Positions 43,194 to 54,102 of a stretch of 64,000 nucleotides of DNA are shown one piece after another. A model generated the notes under the pieces. That model made no database searches. It saw nothing but the letters and a program-made list of their open reading frames with translations, and was not told the origin of the DNA. The position numbers and the translations under genes are program-made. This stretch comes from a virus (lineage: Duplodnaviria > Caudoviricetes), in the IMG/VR virus record IMGVR_UViG_3300042554_001750. The stretch is one strand, 5' to 3'. Position 1 is the stretch's first letter. Each line of letters opens with the position of its first letter.

Positions 43194-45977
43194 TTAGTAT
43201 TGTGTCTGATCGGGTAAAATAGTTTTACGGGGGAACAATACATAAAAATCTTTGCTATCAATGGGCGATGGTACGGGAGTTCCACTAGGTAATCCTGTCC
43301 AACTCGGTGGTGTGACAAAGTTATCGTAGTTGTAAGTTAACGACTTATCTACAGTAAATCTATCAAGTGCAAAATTAATCAAATTGAGTTGATAAGCATT
43401 GCCAATTGGATCCAACCACATTGTTTCAATATTCGTTTTAACTGTCGTACTATATCCTGGCTTAGTATAGCAAATTACCCATGCAGGAGTGTAGCCTAAA
43501 GTACTACCATTTTCTTGTTGACTAGTCATCCATAATGGTAAAATTCTGCTATCAAATTCTTGCCCAAGTTCTTGACCAACACGGTCACGCATGTTCGGTA
43601 GACTATTAGGATACAATGTGTTTGCGCTACCGGGTGTTAAACTGGTGTAAAATTGTTGACCTAAAATTTCAACATAGCTGGTATAAATGTTTGTTATGCT
43701 AGTATACCATGGTCCTAAATTTAAATTGATGGTTCTAGGCCAAGCAATTTCTTCAGGAATACTTATTCCCCGAGGATTGATTAAGTCATCAATAATTTCA
43801 CTATATACGACCTCGTATATTATTCTACCATTTTCATCTCTTGCAATAGCTGTTTTAATTTCACCCAATGTTATGCTGCGGTCATAATGGTTTCTAGTAA
43901 CGGCTGCTATATATTCTTGTACATCACTAGCATGTATGCCGTATGCATGTTCATAAATCACACTTGTAGATAAACCAAAATAAGGGTCATTTGGTCTATA
44001 TAGCACATTGGGTGGGAAGATTTCAGAGTTTGTTAGTAAACTTTCTAAAATATTTCTGTCCTGAATATCAGGAGCACACTTAATATATAGAGTATCTGTA
44101 GGTTGATCAAATTCTTGAACAACAGTAATAGTAAATGTTTTTTCTGATTTAACAACTGGATATTGAGGTGAATAAGCCTCTACTGTAAATGTAAATTCTG
44201 TTTCGGCACCTATAGGTAAAATTTCGTCTGTTGGCTGAAATGCAGTATACCCGGTAATTTCTCCGTTACTTAATAATACTAAGTTGGGTGGCAATGATCC
44301 CGAAATTATTCTATATTGCAATTCTACATCAGATTCTGCAACCACAGATTTGATACTTAACGACCCATTAAAAATATTTCCTAAACTGCTTGGGGATACC
44401 CATACAATATCACCATTAATTTCATTAGATACATTAAAAGAAAATATAAAGAAAGGTGTCTGAATTGCTGGATTAGAAATTTTGTTTACAGATACTCTAA
44501 AAGAAAAATTATTTATATTTACTGTGCTTAAACTAGGTGTACCTGTTACCCAACCTGTTTCTGAATTACCTGTTAAGAATGAAGGCAAATCAGCGAATAG
44601 ATAATTCAATCCTGTTCCATCAAAATCATGTCCTATGATTTTAAATGCAAAGAAATTATCATTTTTTATAGTACCGATAAATGCCGGAGTTGAAGGAGGA
44701 TATGTTCCTTCAACAGGTAAAACATAGTACCCATAATATGGATCAGTATCGTTTAAGTTGTATGTAGGTGGCCTTGTATTATAAATTGTTGGTATACGTG
44801 TGTTCGGCAAAAAGTTAGGACCATTGGGAGCATTTTGATTTACTACAGTAATTGAATAGGATTGTGTAGTGTTACCTAATGGACTTGTTAGAGTTAGATT
44901 AAAACCATAACTTCTAATTGTAGGTTGCCCAACAGATACCGGTGGCAATACAACAGTCATAAATCCAGTATCATTGTTTAAATTAAATGTTGCACCGTTT
45001 TGAATTGTACTTATTGTAAAACTAGTTGCGTCTATAACACTCTTAATATAATAGATGGTGCCTATTTCTATGTTATCAAATGCTGTAGCACCAGTAAAAT
45101 ATACAGGTCTGCCCGCAAAAAAATTAGTTGTACTTACACAGGTAATTACATCACTCGCGGAAGTAGCCGTCGCAGAGGTCGTTATTTGTGGCACAGTTAC
45201 ATTATTTGTAGGGGGTTGTGCGTAACCTCTAATAATACCCTGATCATTAATTTCTAACCCCGGTGGTAATAATCCTTGAGTTACTGATATTTTAATAGGA
45301 TTATCTACTAGAGGATTTAGATAATCTATCGGAAATTCAATCCATACGCTATCGTTCGTGCTAAACAAAATACCAGAGGGGGTTGTAAAGCTGGGTGTCG
45401 CAGATCCATTAATAGTTATAGTAAAAGTTTTATCTTTGATATTGCCTAAATTATCAGTTGCCCTTATTACTAATTTGTTAGTTTCGGCTTGGCTAATGGT
45501 AGTAGGAGTACCTGCAATAGTACCATTAGTAAAAGATAATCCCGAAGGAAGTATTCCTGATATCAAAGTGTATGAAATAGTAGTAGCCGGCAATACAGGA
45601 ATAGCCACAACACTTACTTCTAACGGTGCGTTAGTAATAAATGATCCCAAATCAGTACCTGAGGGTGACACCCATACAGGTTGTATGGGATTGTATGTAG
45701 TGGTTAATACAAAAGTTTTCGTTGAAGAATTACCTAAATTGTCTGTTGCTAAAACTGTAAAAGTGTAGTTTGTAGTGCTTAATACATATGACAAAGTGCC
45801 ACTTAGTAATCCATTAATATTTAAAGTTGTGCCAGCCGGTAAACTACCATTCGCCAAAGTGTATGATACAATTGATGTTGCGGGTAGTATAGATTTTGCA
45901 ATTAAAGAAATACTAATTTCTTCTCCGGCTGGATAAGAACTTAGGTTATAATCTGTCGTCCAAACTGGCTTTGCCAT
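43194..45977 (-). CDS. Baseplate wedge-like protein with putative Ig (He_PIG-like) repeats
   Basis: Repeated GSLPxGL...G.I.G.P...Y.FT(V/I).ATD units. Confidence 0.65.
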   Translation of the reverse strand: MAKPVWTTDYNLSSYPAGEEISISLIAKSILPATSIVSYTLANGSLPAGTTLNINGLLSGTLSYVLSTTNYTFTVLATDNLGNSSTKTFVLTTTYNPIQPVWVSPSGTDLGSFITNAPLEVSVVAIPVLPATTISYTLISGILPSGLSFTNGTIAGTPTTISQAETNKLVIRATDNLGNIKDKTFTITINGSATPSFTTPSGILFSTNDSVWIEFPIDYLNPLVDNPIKISVTQGLLPPGLEINDQGIIRGYAQPPTNNVTVPQITTSATATSASDVITCVSTTNFFAGRPVYFTGATAFDNIEIGTIYYIKSVIDATSFTISTIQNGATFNLNNDTGFMTVVLPPVSVGQPTIRSYGFNLTLTSPLGNTTQSYSITVVNQNAPNGPNFLPNTRIPTIYNTRPPTYNLNDTDPYYGYYVLPVEGTYPPSTPAFIGTIKNDNFFAFKIIGHDFDGTGLNYLFADLPSFLTGNSETGWVTGTPSLSTVNINNFSFRVSVNKISNPAIQTPFFIFSFNVSNEINGDIVWVSPSSLGNIFNGSLSIKSVVAESDVELQYRIISGSLPPNLVLLSNGEITGYTAFQPTDEILPIGAETEFTFTVEAYSPQYPVVKSEKTFTITVVQEFDQPTDTLYIKCAPDIQDRNILESLLTNSEIFPPNVLYRPNDPYFGLSTSVIYEHAYGIHASDVQEYIAAVTRNHYDRSITLGEIKTAIARDENGRIIYEVVYSEIIDDLINPRGISIPEEIAWPRTINLNLGPWYTSITNIYTSYVEILGQQFYTSLTPGSANTLYPNSLPNMRDRVGQELGQEFDSRILPLWMTSQQENGSTLGYTPAWVICYTKPGYSTTVKTNIETMWLDPIGNAYQLNLINFALDRFTVDKSLTYNYDNFVTPPSWTGLPSGTPVPSPIDSKDFYVLFPRKTILPDQTQY

Positions 45978-45978
45978 T

Positions 45979-46602
45979 TTAATGTGCGCCTAAATGTTGT
46001 AATGCCAAATGATAGTGATGTTGTCTATCCGCTAAACCAATGGTGCCACCATTGATTCTTTTTGTCAATGTAATGAAATCATCTTTGTCGCAGAACTGAT
46101 TTAACTTATTATTGTCCCAGAACCAGCCGGCACTTGCTACAGCACCATTGGGTGTTTCTAAATAAGCAATTGTACTGTCAAGATCCATATCTAGTGCTTC
46201 TGCAAAGCGTGTGTAGTTGTCACGACCGGTAAGTTGAATCAACCCACGACCTCTGAACTTAAATCCATCACCACTTGCTTCATCACCGTTCTTCATGCGA
46301 TTAGCATAAACACGGTTAGCAATCATTTGTGGTTTTCTTTCATACTGCTTTGCTAATTCTTCTGTAGGAAAGTATTTCTTAAATGTAGTCATCAAACCTT
46401 TAGCACTGTAGTTAAGATTTTCTACAACAGCAGTAAATCCACCTGATTCGTGTGCTATTTGTGCCAAGAATCCTGCAACTCTGCGCGGATTCTGAAACAT
46501 CTCATAATATTCTGCTACTGTATTTAAAGGTTCCACATAACCTTCTAATATAGCTCTTTTTGTTTTTGGGCACATTGCCGTTAATAATTCTAATGTTACC
46601 AT
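45979..46602 (-). CDS. Glycoside hydrolase family 19 lysin
   Basis: FLAQIAHESGG, FRGRGLIQLTGRDNY, WFW, TKRING. Confidence 0.92.
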   Translation of the reverse strand: MVTLELLTAMCPKTKRAILEGYVEPLNTVAEYYEMFQNPRRVAGFLAQIAHESGGFTAVVENLNYSAKGLMTTFKKYFPTEELAKQYERKPQMIANRVYANRMKNGDEASGDGFKFRGRGLIQLTGRDNYTRFAEALDMDLDSTIAYLETPNGAVASAGWFWDNNKLNQFCDKDDFITLTKRINGGTIGLADRQHHYHLALQHLGAH

Positions 46603-46611
46603 ATTTCACCT

Positions 46612-49600
46612 TTATGCGTATGTTGCTCCAACTGTGTACCAATCTGTGGTATTTGGAGTCATGAATTGCAGTGTTGAACCTGCAGTCTGTGTATATGCAA
46701 CGTTGGCTGCAGCACCGTTAATATCGCCACCTGTATGCGGATAAACTAGTAATGAATTAGCAGACAAGTTCGTAATTATTATAACCATACCTGCAACGGC
46801 TGTTGGTAATCTTACACCTTGCCCGCTTGAAACAGTTGATATCATGTTAATTTCTGTAGTCAATGCTGTAGCATTGCCTTGAGCAGTACCTGCTGCCGCA
46901 ATACCAGTAGTTACTGAACGAATATGGAATCCACTTACTGAAACATTCGCAGCACTAATATTACCGCTAGATGATAAACTTGTTAAAGTACCGACAGATG
47001 TAATATTTGGTTGAGCGGCTGTTGTTACTGTACCTGCTGTAGTTGCGCTAGTAGCAGCACCGCTCAATGCACCGACGAATGTTGTAGCAGTAATAGAGTT
47101 ATTAGATAAGTTAGCGGTAAGACCGGTACTTGTTAGTTCTGCAACGTTGCCTGTTGCCGCATTTGCAAAAATAAGGAAGTTGTTTCCTGTGCCGGCAGCC
47201 ACGTTAATATTATCAGCAACGTTTGCATAAGCAACGTTCAAATTTGAAACGCGGGTAGTGCTTGTTACTGTTAGTGGAGCGGTACCAGTTGCTACGTTTG
47301 AAGTTAATGTACTTGCAACAACCGCAGTAGTCGCATTTAAATTACCGACGTTAGCATTTCCTGTTACTGCAACAGAAGTTAATGTACCAACACTAGTAAT
47401 ATTTGGTTGAGCCGCTGTTGTTACTGTACCTGCAGTAGTTGCACTTGTTGCTGAGCCACTAAGTGTTGCAGTAATAGTTCCTGCACTAAAGTTACCGCTA
47501 GCATCTCTAGCAACAACCTTGCTTGCAGTATTCGCTGATGTAGCATCAACTGCCGCTGTTACTGCTGTACCACCATTGAAACTTGTACCAGTTAGGAATG
47601 AACCTAAAGTCAATGTTTGTGTAGTGTTTGCAGTAATAGTTCCTGAACCACCAAGCGTAATACTTGTGCCGTTAACAGTCAATGAACTGTTAGCAAGTCT
47701 TGCTTGTGCAAGAGTACCACTTGAAATGTTACTTGCATTTAGTGTCGTTAAGTTAGCACCACTACCACTAAATGTTGTTGCGGTTATTACGTTACCTGCA
47801 AAACTACCATTTGTATCACGCGCCACAACCTTACTTGCTGTGGCTGCATCTGTTGCATCAACTGCCCAAGTAATAGCAGTTCCACCGTTGAAACTACCAC
47901 CGGTTATATATGAACCATTACTATGGCTTTGAGTAGTATTAGCAGTAATTGTGCCTGAACCACCAAGCGTAATACTTGTGCCGTTAACAGTTAATGATGC
48001 GTTAGCAAGCCTTGCTTGTGCTAATGTACCACTTGAAATGTTACTTGCATTTAGTGTCGTTAAGTTAGCACCACTACCGGCAAATACACCTGTATTAGCA
48101 GTGAAGTTTACTGCGGTGACTGTGCCGTTAACACCTAGTGAAGTTAGTGTACCCACTCCAGTGATGTTTGGCTGGCTTGCGGTAGTTAGTGTGCCACCTA
48201 ATGTCGTTGCGACAACACCCGCAGCTCCTAAATTACCAACGTTAGCATTACCGGTTACATTCAATGTACCTGCAACGTTTACTCCCGTACCTGTTACTAC
48301 AACAATATTAGCATTACCTGATGCACTGATAGTTACATTACTATTACTGAAAGTTCTTACATTAGCATTTCCGTTTTGTATTGCAGTTGCATCTATACCT
48401 GTTAGTTGACTACCATTTCCTATAAAATAATTACCAGTGATGTTTCCAGTAGCTACTACTTGTCCGGCTGTAGTTAGATTTCCACCCGTGACATTGCCGG
48501 CGGCATTTACGAAACCTGCATTTAGAATAATATTTCCGCTGCTATTGATATTTCCGGAAAGAACTAAAGATACTAAAGTACCAACACTAGTAACATTTGG
48601 TTGCGAACTTGTTGTTAAAGCACCGGTAAAAGTTGTCGCAGTAACATTATTGCCTACAACTAAATTACTTGGTAAATTTACATTACCGGTAGTCTTATTA
48701 AATGTAAATCCTGAGTTAGCAGCATAATTGCCATTGTCATTAAAAAAGATTTGTGTGTTAGACCCGGGCGCGGGAACTCCTGCTGCATTATTCCATGATA
48801 GAGATCCTGATCCGTTTGTCATCAAAAAATAATTTGCAGTGCCACCTGTAATTGTCACATTACCAACGGCACCTAAATTAGTTGTACCACTAACTGTTAA
48901 ACCTGTTAATGTGCCTAAACTTGTGATATTAGGTTGTGCTGATGTAGTAACATTACCAGATAAGTTTCCAACAATAGTAGTAGCACCTAGGTTTCCTACG
49001 TTAGCATTGCCAGTAGCATTTAATGTTCCTGCCACAGTAACACCGGTACCAGTGACTACAAATACATTTGCGTTTCCACCAACACTAGTCCTTACATTAC
49101 TATTAATATCTACATATACATTACTAGTACCATTTAAAATATAGCTTCCAGCTGCTACTGAAACATTAGTTAATAAGCTACCATCACCTTGAAAGAAGTT
49201 AGCTTTAGCTAAGTTACCTAAATTTGCATTTCCCGAAGTCAAGTTACCAGTAACATTTAAGTCACCGGTAATATTACCGGATCCTGTTATAGCAATATTT
49301 CCTGTAGAAATATTAGCAGCAGAAATATTTGATGTTACTGCTACATTTCCACTAATGTTAGCACCGGTGTTTGAAACAACAACTACATTAGAAGTTCCAG
49401 CCACACTTATTGCAACGTTACCATTGGCAACAGGAACGATACTTGTATTACCGCTGGTTATGTTTGCAGTCACATTAGGTGTTGAAATTGAAGTGTTTCC
49501 GATAACCGTTGTACCAACCGTGACATTATTATTAGCAACGGTGGTATTTCCTATTACAATGTTTGCATTATTAATCGTTGTATTACCCACTGTCACTGTG

Positions 49601-49896
49601 TTATTTGCTACGACTGTATTACCAACAGTAACGTTTGCATTATTGACAGTTGTATTACCCACAGTTACACTATTATTAGCAACTGTAGTATTACCTACAG
49701 TAATATTGGCAGGGCTAACAGCAACATTTCCTGTAGTAACATTGCCATTTGAAGTTACAACATTGGCACTAGGAGATGAAATATTAGAAACCGTTTGTGC
49801 TATCTTAGTCCAGGATCTGAACATAGAATTATAACGGTAATTATAAGTACCATCGTTGTAGATTTGATTATTTGTAGGACTTACTGGAAATGGCAT
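46612..49896 (-). CDS. Long tail fibre-like protein with GN/T-rich repeats
   Basis: Low-complexity N/G/T/V repeats, QPNITSVGTL motifs, internal 104-aa duplication. Confidence 0.75.
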   Translation of the reverse strand: MPFPVSPTNNQIYNDGTYNYRYNSMFRSWTKIAQTVSNISSPSANVVTSNGNVTTGNVAVSPANITVGNTTVANNSVTVGNTTVNNANVTVGNTVVANNTVTVGNTTINNANIVIGNTTVANNNVTVGTTVIGNTSISTPNVTANITSGNTSIVPVANGNVAISVAGTSNVVVVSNTGANISGNVAVTSNISAANISTGNIAITGSGNITGDLNVTGNLTSGNANLGNLAKANFFQGDGSLLTNVSVAAGSYILNGTSNVYVDINSNVRTSVGGNANVFVVTGTGVTVAGTLNATGNANVGNLGATTIVGNLSGNVTTSAQPNITSLGTLTGLTVSGTTNLGAVGNVTITGGTANYFLMTNGSGSLSWNNAAGVPAPGSNTQIFFNDNGNYAANSGFTFNKTTGNVNLPSNLVVGNNVTATTFTGALTTSSQPNVTSVGTLVSLVLSGNINSSGNIILNAGFVNAAGNVTGGNLTTAGQVVATGNITGNYFIGNGSQLTGIDATAIQNGNANVRTFSNSNVTISASGNANIVVVTGTGVNVAGTLNVTGNANVGNLGAAGVVATTLGGTLTTASQPNITGVGTLTSLGVNGTVTAVNFTANTGVFAGSGANLTTLNASNISSGTLAQARLANASLTVNGTSITLGGSGTITANTTQSHSNGSYITGGSFNGGTAITWAVDATDAATASKVVARDTNGSFAGNVITATTFSGSGANLTTLNASNISSGTLAQARLANSSLTVNGTSITLGGSGTITANTTQTLTLGSFLTGTSFNGGTAVTAAVDATSANTASKVVARDASGNFSAGTITATLSGSATSATTAGTVTTAAQPNITSVGTLTSVAVTGNANVGNLNATTAVVASTLTSNVATGTAPLTVTSTTRVSNLNVAYANVADNINVAAGTGNNFLIFANAATGNVAELTSTGLTANLSNNSITATTFVGALSGAATSATTAGTVTTAAQPNITSVGTLTSLSSSGNISAANVSVSGFHIRSVTTGIAAAGTAQGNATALTTEINMISTVSSGQGVRLPTAVAGMVIIITNLSANSLLVYPHTGGDINGAAANVAYTQTAGSTLQFMTPNTTDWYTVGATYA
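47714..48078. repeat. Internal tandem duplication (312-bp period) in the fibre gene
   Basis: 53-nt identical segments at 47714-47766 and 48026-48078, with further near-identical flanks. Confidence 0.9.
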
Positions 49897-49908
49897 AATT
49901 AATTATCC

Positions 49909-51327
49909 TTAAAAGCTTGGTGGTAAAAAGTCATAGAAGTAGTCACTTGATCCATCAGTAACCCACATATATAGTCTTTGAAAATTATTTGGTGCATCAA
50001 TGTAAAAGAATATGTCTCCATAATTTAAATCACTAAAGGTCGGTGGAGTGTTACCATAATAAAATTGTGTAGACCAAATCGCATTACTGTTACCATCTGA
50101 CTTGAGTGTTTGCCCCCTAGTTCCAAAGCTACCACTCAATGAGACTCCTGATGTTGCTCCGCTTAGAATAACATTACCTGCGGTCGTATTTCCTGTAACA
50201 TTAAGTGTACCAGTAACATTTGCACCCGTGCCAGTTACTACTACTACGTTGGCATTCCCTACAGCACTAAGGTTGATATTACCATTGGCATTTGGTATGC
50301 TTATATTACTGTTACCATTGGCCAATGAACCTTGTAAATTTGCTCCGGTAATATTACCCGTAACAGATAGACTTGTTAATGTACCGACACTAGTAATATT
50401 AGGTTGTGCATTAGTTGTCAACGTGCCTGTTAATAATAAAGCACCAATCGTGCCACTATTCGCATAAACATTACCAGCGGTCACATTACCAGTTACTGCT
50501 AAAGAAGTTAATGTACCAACACTAGTGATATTAGGTTGTGCATTAGTTGTTATTGTACCTGTTAACAATGTCGCTGAAATGTTTCCGGCAGACACATTGC
50601 CTGTTATAGAAGCATTGCCTGTTGTAACAAGGTTTGCACCTGACACATTGCCAGTTGCAGACACATTTCCACTAGTGATTAAATTACCACCGGTTATATT
50701 TCCGGATACTAAAAGATTACCGCTGAATGAACCGTTACCTACACTAATATTACCTGTAGTGAACGCCGTGATGCTAATTGAGTTAGCTGAGATATCACCG
50801 TCTTTATTAACACTAAATTTACTAGCTGCATTTACTTGTAAATCAATTAGTTTTGAGGCGGATGAACTATTAGTATCTGTAATATTTGTATAGAAAGCAA
50901 TGAATGTATTTGATGCACTATTCCAAGTTTGTTGTATTCTTACTGCAGGCGCATTTGATAATAAAGTTGTAGTAGGTTGTAAGTTGATAGATTGAACATT
51001 AGAAATGTTGATAGGTAAATCTACCCAAAGAACCTGAGATGAAGATGTTAATGTTGCATCTGTAAGACCATTGGCACCTATACCAACAGAAAGTGTGCTA
51101 GTATGCACTTGAACACAGGCAATATTTGCAATTAAAACTACATTTCCTGCTGGGCTGCTTACATCAATGCCTCCACCTGTAGGGCTTGATATAGTCTGTA
51201 CGCTTCCCGAAGAGGCTTGTGTGAATAGTTGATTAAAGTTATTCTGTGTTTTTTGAAACGCGGTTCTAATCGCATCTGCATCTGGATCATCAGGAAATGA
51301 ACCAAAATCAATAAACTGTTGAGCCAT
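49909..51327 (-). CDS. Tail fibre/baseplate-associated protein
   Basis: N-terminal IDFG..PDD..AD..RTAF..K motif; two TTNAQPNITSVGTLTSL repeats. Confidence 0.7.
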   Translation of the reverse strand: MAQQFIDFGSFPDDPDADAIRTAFQKTQNNFNQLFTQASSGSVQTISSPTGGGIDVSSPAGNVVLIANIACVQVHTSTLSVGIGANGLTDATLTSSSQVLWVDLPINISNVQSINLQPTTTLLSNAPAVRIQQTWNSASNTFIAFYTNITDTNSSSASKLIDLQVNAASKFSVNKDGDISANSISITAFTTGNISVGNGSFSGNLLVSGNITGGNLITSGNVSATGNVSGANLVTTGNASITGNVSAGNISATLLTGTITTNAQPNITSVGTLTSLAVTGNVTAGNVYANSGTIGALLLTGTLTTNAQPNITSVGTLTSLSVTGNITGANLQGSLANGNSNISIPNANGNINLSAVGNANVVVVTGTGANVTGTLNVTGNTTAGNVILSGATSGVSLSGSFGTRGQTLKSDGNSNAIWSTQFYYGNTPPTFSDLNYGDIFFYIDAPNNFQRLYMWVTDGSSDYFYDFLPPSF

Positions 51328-51379
51328 TTTATTTTTTACCTTATTTTGTATTTATCGTTAATATACAAACACTATACCC

Positions 51380-51410
51380 AAAAAAATACCCGACATTAAG
51401 CCGGGTATGT
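51380..51410 (-). terminator. Rho-independent terminator
   Basis: ATACCCG-N9-CGGGTAT followed by TTTTT on the minus strand. Confidence 0.7.
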
Positions 51411-51425
51411 TTGTGAAGTAAAGTA

Positions 51426-53429
51426 TTACTTCTTAATGCCAGCAAGTCTTGCCCAGGCCATTGGATCTTCCATACGGGTATCTTGACCAGCAATAACTGG
51501 AATAGTTGTTTGACCCGTTGACTTAGGCTTGTTCAAGCCGCCCGCAATCACTTTAGTCATGAATTCAATATCTTGCTCAAAACTTGCATCAGTACCTTTT
51601 CCGGGTCCTGATCCTGTTTGATTAGCCCACTCTTTTAAGCTGTCAGCTTTTGCCAATGCCTCATCTTCCTGAGCTTCTGCATTTTCATCGGCTGCAGTTT
51701 CTGCTTCATCACTATCAGGGGCATTATCTTCAGCGACTTCGTATGTCATTTGATCTTCAGATTCTACTTCATCAACCATTTCTTTGTCACATTCGCACTT
51801 GCTTTCCATGTACCCACATTCGTTACATGTTTCTTCATCGGAATGCTCATGGTCGTGTTCTTCAGATCCTTCTTCATCAGCATAATCACCGTTACTAGGC
51901 TCACCACCGGTTACTTTCTTAATTAGAGCCATCATACCATCATGGTCTCCCACAACATCTACACCACCGTGTTGAGGTGTATCACCCTGTGGAGCACCAT
52001 AACCGTTTGATTCTTCACCACCAAATAAACCTAAACCAGCTTGCTTAATAAGACCTAGCAATTGTTCCGCTTCACCGTCTTGTGCTGAAACACTTACTGA
52101 GTCTGGCATGCCTTGTTGACCTTTACTGATACTTACAGTCATGCCTTCGTCTACTTGCTCACCTTCAGTTAACAAAGCATTTAACTGCTTGTCTAGTGAT
52201 TCAAAAGCCATAGAGTCCATTTCTAAAACATCTTTGTCTTTCATGGTTTGACCGAATGCTTTGAATGTATCGCCCGGTGTTGTTTTTGCTTTGTGTTTCA
52301 TCCACTCAGACTTATCCATTTCGTACATGTCATCTTCCATTGCTGGCATAGCTTGACTTGCCATTCCAGGAACTGTTGCTGGTGGAGTTTCTTTTACTAA
52401 ACCAACGATAGGTTGTTGACCATAGCACTCATCAAGACCTTCTTTGAAACCTTCGTGATACTGTCTTGCTTCTTCCATGTCTTCATATTTGCAATTATAT
52501 GCTTCTTTAGCTAGAGCATGGTGCTTACCTAATAATCTTGCTGCGGTGTGCTTATGCATACTTTCATTTACTTTCTTTTTGTCTTTTTTAGCATCGTCTG
52601 CTGCTTTCTTCATAGATTCTTTTTTATTACCATCTTTATCTAAATCTATAAAGTCAGGCTTTGCTGCCTCTAATGTTGTTTGACTACGACCAGCACCTAG
52701 ACCAGCTCCAATAGTATCTATACTTGAAGATGAAGGAATGTCACCTTCATTTGTTTTGGCGCGCAATTTAGCAAGAACGGCGCCAGCTACTTTTTCACCA
52801 CGCTCTTTGCTACCGTACTTTTCACCGGCTGCCTTAGCAATCTTAGCAAACTGCTTACCTGGCTTACCAATATCTTTACCAGCACGGGCTTTCTTTGCAC
52901 TGTAATCTTCATCACCTTCACCTAGCTTATGATCACCTGCTAAGGTCATTTCACCCTTACCAATAGATTGCTTAATTTGTGCAGCTAGTTGAGGATTAGT
53001 TACAGTTCCTAATGTCTTTGTACCTTGCTTAATAACCTGTGTATTTTGTTGGGCTGGTTGAATTGTAACTTGTTCTGCTTCAGCAACATACTTTTCTTCA
53101 ATCTCTTGAACCCACTCTTTCAAGCTATGCTTCTTGCTAGCCTTGCCTGGAAGTTTACCTTTTGGTAAATTACCAATCATATATGATTGTAGTTCTTTAG
53201 CACCGCCGTATGTTTTTACTTCTCCGGTGTCGCTATCGGCACCCTTCTTAGGACGACCACGACCACGCTTTACTTCGGGCTTCTTTTCTTTTTTCTCATC
53301 ACCCTCTTCATCGGTGTCAAATTTACGGCCATAACCACCTGGTTCTGCTTTGTGTACTTTACCAGTTGAAGTTTCTTTAGTTGCTTCACTTAACTGGCTA
53401 AGTTGATTTAACATTGATTTGAAATCCAT
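51426..53429 (-). CDS. Large charged modular protein; putative internal head/scaffold polyprotein
   Basis: Alternating basic modules and acidic linkers bounded by LSE/VAE/TNE/TLE/VNE. Confidence 0.7.
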   Translation of the reverse strand: MDFKSMLNQLSQLSEATKETSTGKVHKAEPGGYGRKFDTDEEGDEKKEKKPEVKRGRGRPKKGADSDTGEVKTYGGAKELQSYMIGNLPKGKLPGKASKKHSLKEWVQEIEEKYVAEAEQVTIQPAQQNTQVIKQGTKTLGTVTNPQLAAQIKQSIGKGEMTLAGDHKLGEGDEDYSAKKARAGKDIGKPGKQFAKIAKAAGEKYGSKERGEKVAGAVLAKLRAKTNEGDIPSSSSIDTIGAGLGAGRSQTTLEAAKPDFIDLDKDGNKKESMKKAADDAKKDKKKVNESMHKHTAARLLGKHHALAKEAYNCKYEDMEEARQYHEGFKEGLDECYGQQPIVGLVKETPPATVPGMASQAMPAMEDDMYEMDKSEWMKHKAKTTPGDTFKAFGQTMKDKDVLEMDSMAFESLDKQLNALLTEGEQVDEGMTVSISKGQQGMPDSVSVSAQDGEAEQLLGLIKQAGLGLFGGEESNGYGAPQGDTPQHGGVDVVGDHDGMMALIKKVTGGEPSNGDYADEEGSEEHDHEHSDEETCNECGYMESKCECDKEMVDEVESEDQMTYEVAEDNAPDSDEAETAADENAEAQEDEALAKADSLKEWANQTGSGPGKGTDASFEQDIEFMTKVIAGGLNKPKSTGQTTIPVIAGQDTRMEDPMAWARLAGIKK

Positions 53430-53444
53430 TTTCTTATTTCCTTA

Positions 53445-54074
53445 TTATTTGTTAAACGCAGCACCGGTTTGTGGTTTGGCTGGTCTTGTAATCTTTGACA
53501 TGGGGCTTTCTTTGCCCATTGATGCCATATATGTTTCTGGCTTGAAGGGATCAAAACTATCAGGTGTTTTCTTACCTTCATATGGTATATCAATTTTGTC
53601 GTCTTTAGTTTGATCTTTAATGCTGTTTAGATAACTATTGCCATATGCATCACTAGCTTCTTTAGCGCCTGGTGCACTTCCCATTTCTTCTTTAGTTAGT
53701 AATGGGTCTTGACTCATTTGATTTACATAGTCATCATGTTCAGTATTAATACTGTCATCATACTTTGTAGAAACAACACGAACAGCATTTACATTATAAC
53801 CAAGCAATTGAGCAATTTGTTGAATCATTGGCTCTGTTGCTGGATATCTAAATTCGCATTTAATAATTGTCACAGGGACATTACTCATATTAGGAAAACC
53901 ATATGGGTCTTTCTGAATAGGAGTTGATTTTGGGGTATCAATTTTGATAGGATCAAACTTCTTTAGATTGTAGGCAAACATATCTAAGAAGTTCTTATCC
54001 ACTTCACCCGCAATTTTAATAGTGTAATTATATGTATGTACACTTTCTACGATGTATTGTTTAAGGCTTCGCAT
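53445..54074 (-). CDS. Hypothetical late protein
   Basis: GATAAATA at 54094-54101; MRSLKQYIVE start. Confidence 0.75.
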   Translation of the reverse strand: MRSLKQYIVESVHTYNYTIKIAGEVDKNFLDMFAYNLKKFDPIKIDTPKSTPIQKDPYGFPNMSNVPVTIIKCEFRYPATEPMIQQIAQLLGYNVNAVRVVSTKYDDSINTEHDDYVNQMSQDPLLTKEEMGSAPGAKEASDAYGNSYLNSIKDQTKDDKIDIPYEGKKTPDSFDPFKPETYMASMGKESPMSKITRPAKPQTGAAFNK

Positions 54075-54102
54075 GTTTTAATCCTGTATTAATTATTTAT
54101 CA

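Noticed and set aside
46612-51327. Long plus-strand ORFs (e.g. 47519-47932, 49355-49834, 50102-50467)
   Set aside because: They are antisense shadows of low-complexity Thr/Gly/Asn/Val codons in the fibre genes, with no RBS or motifs.
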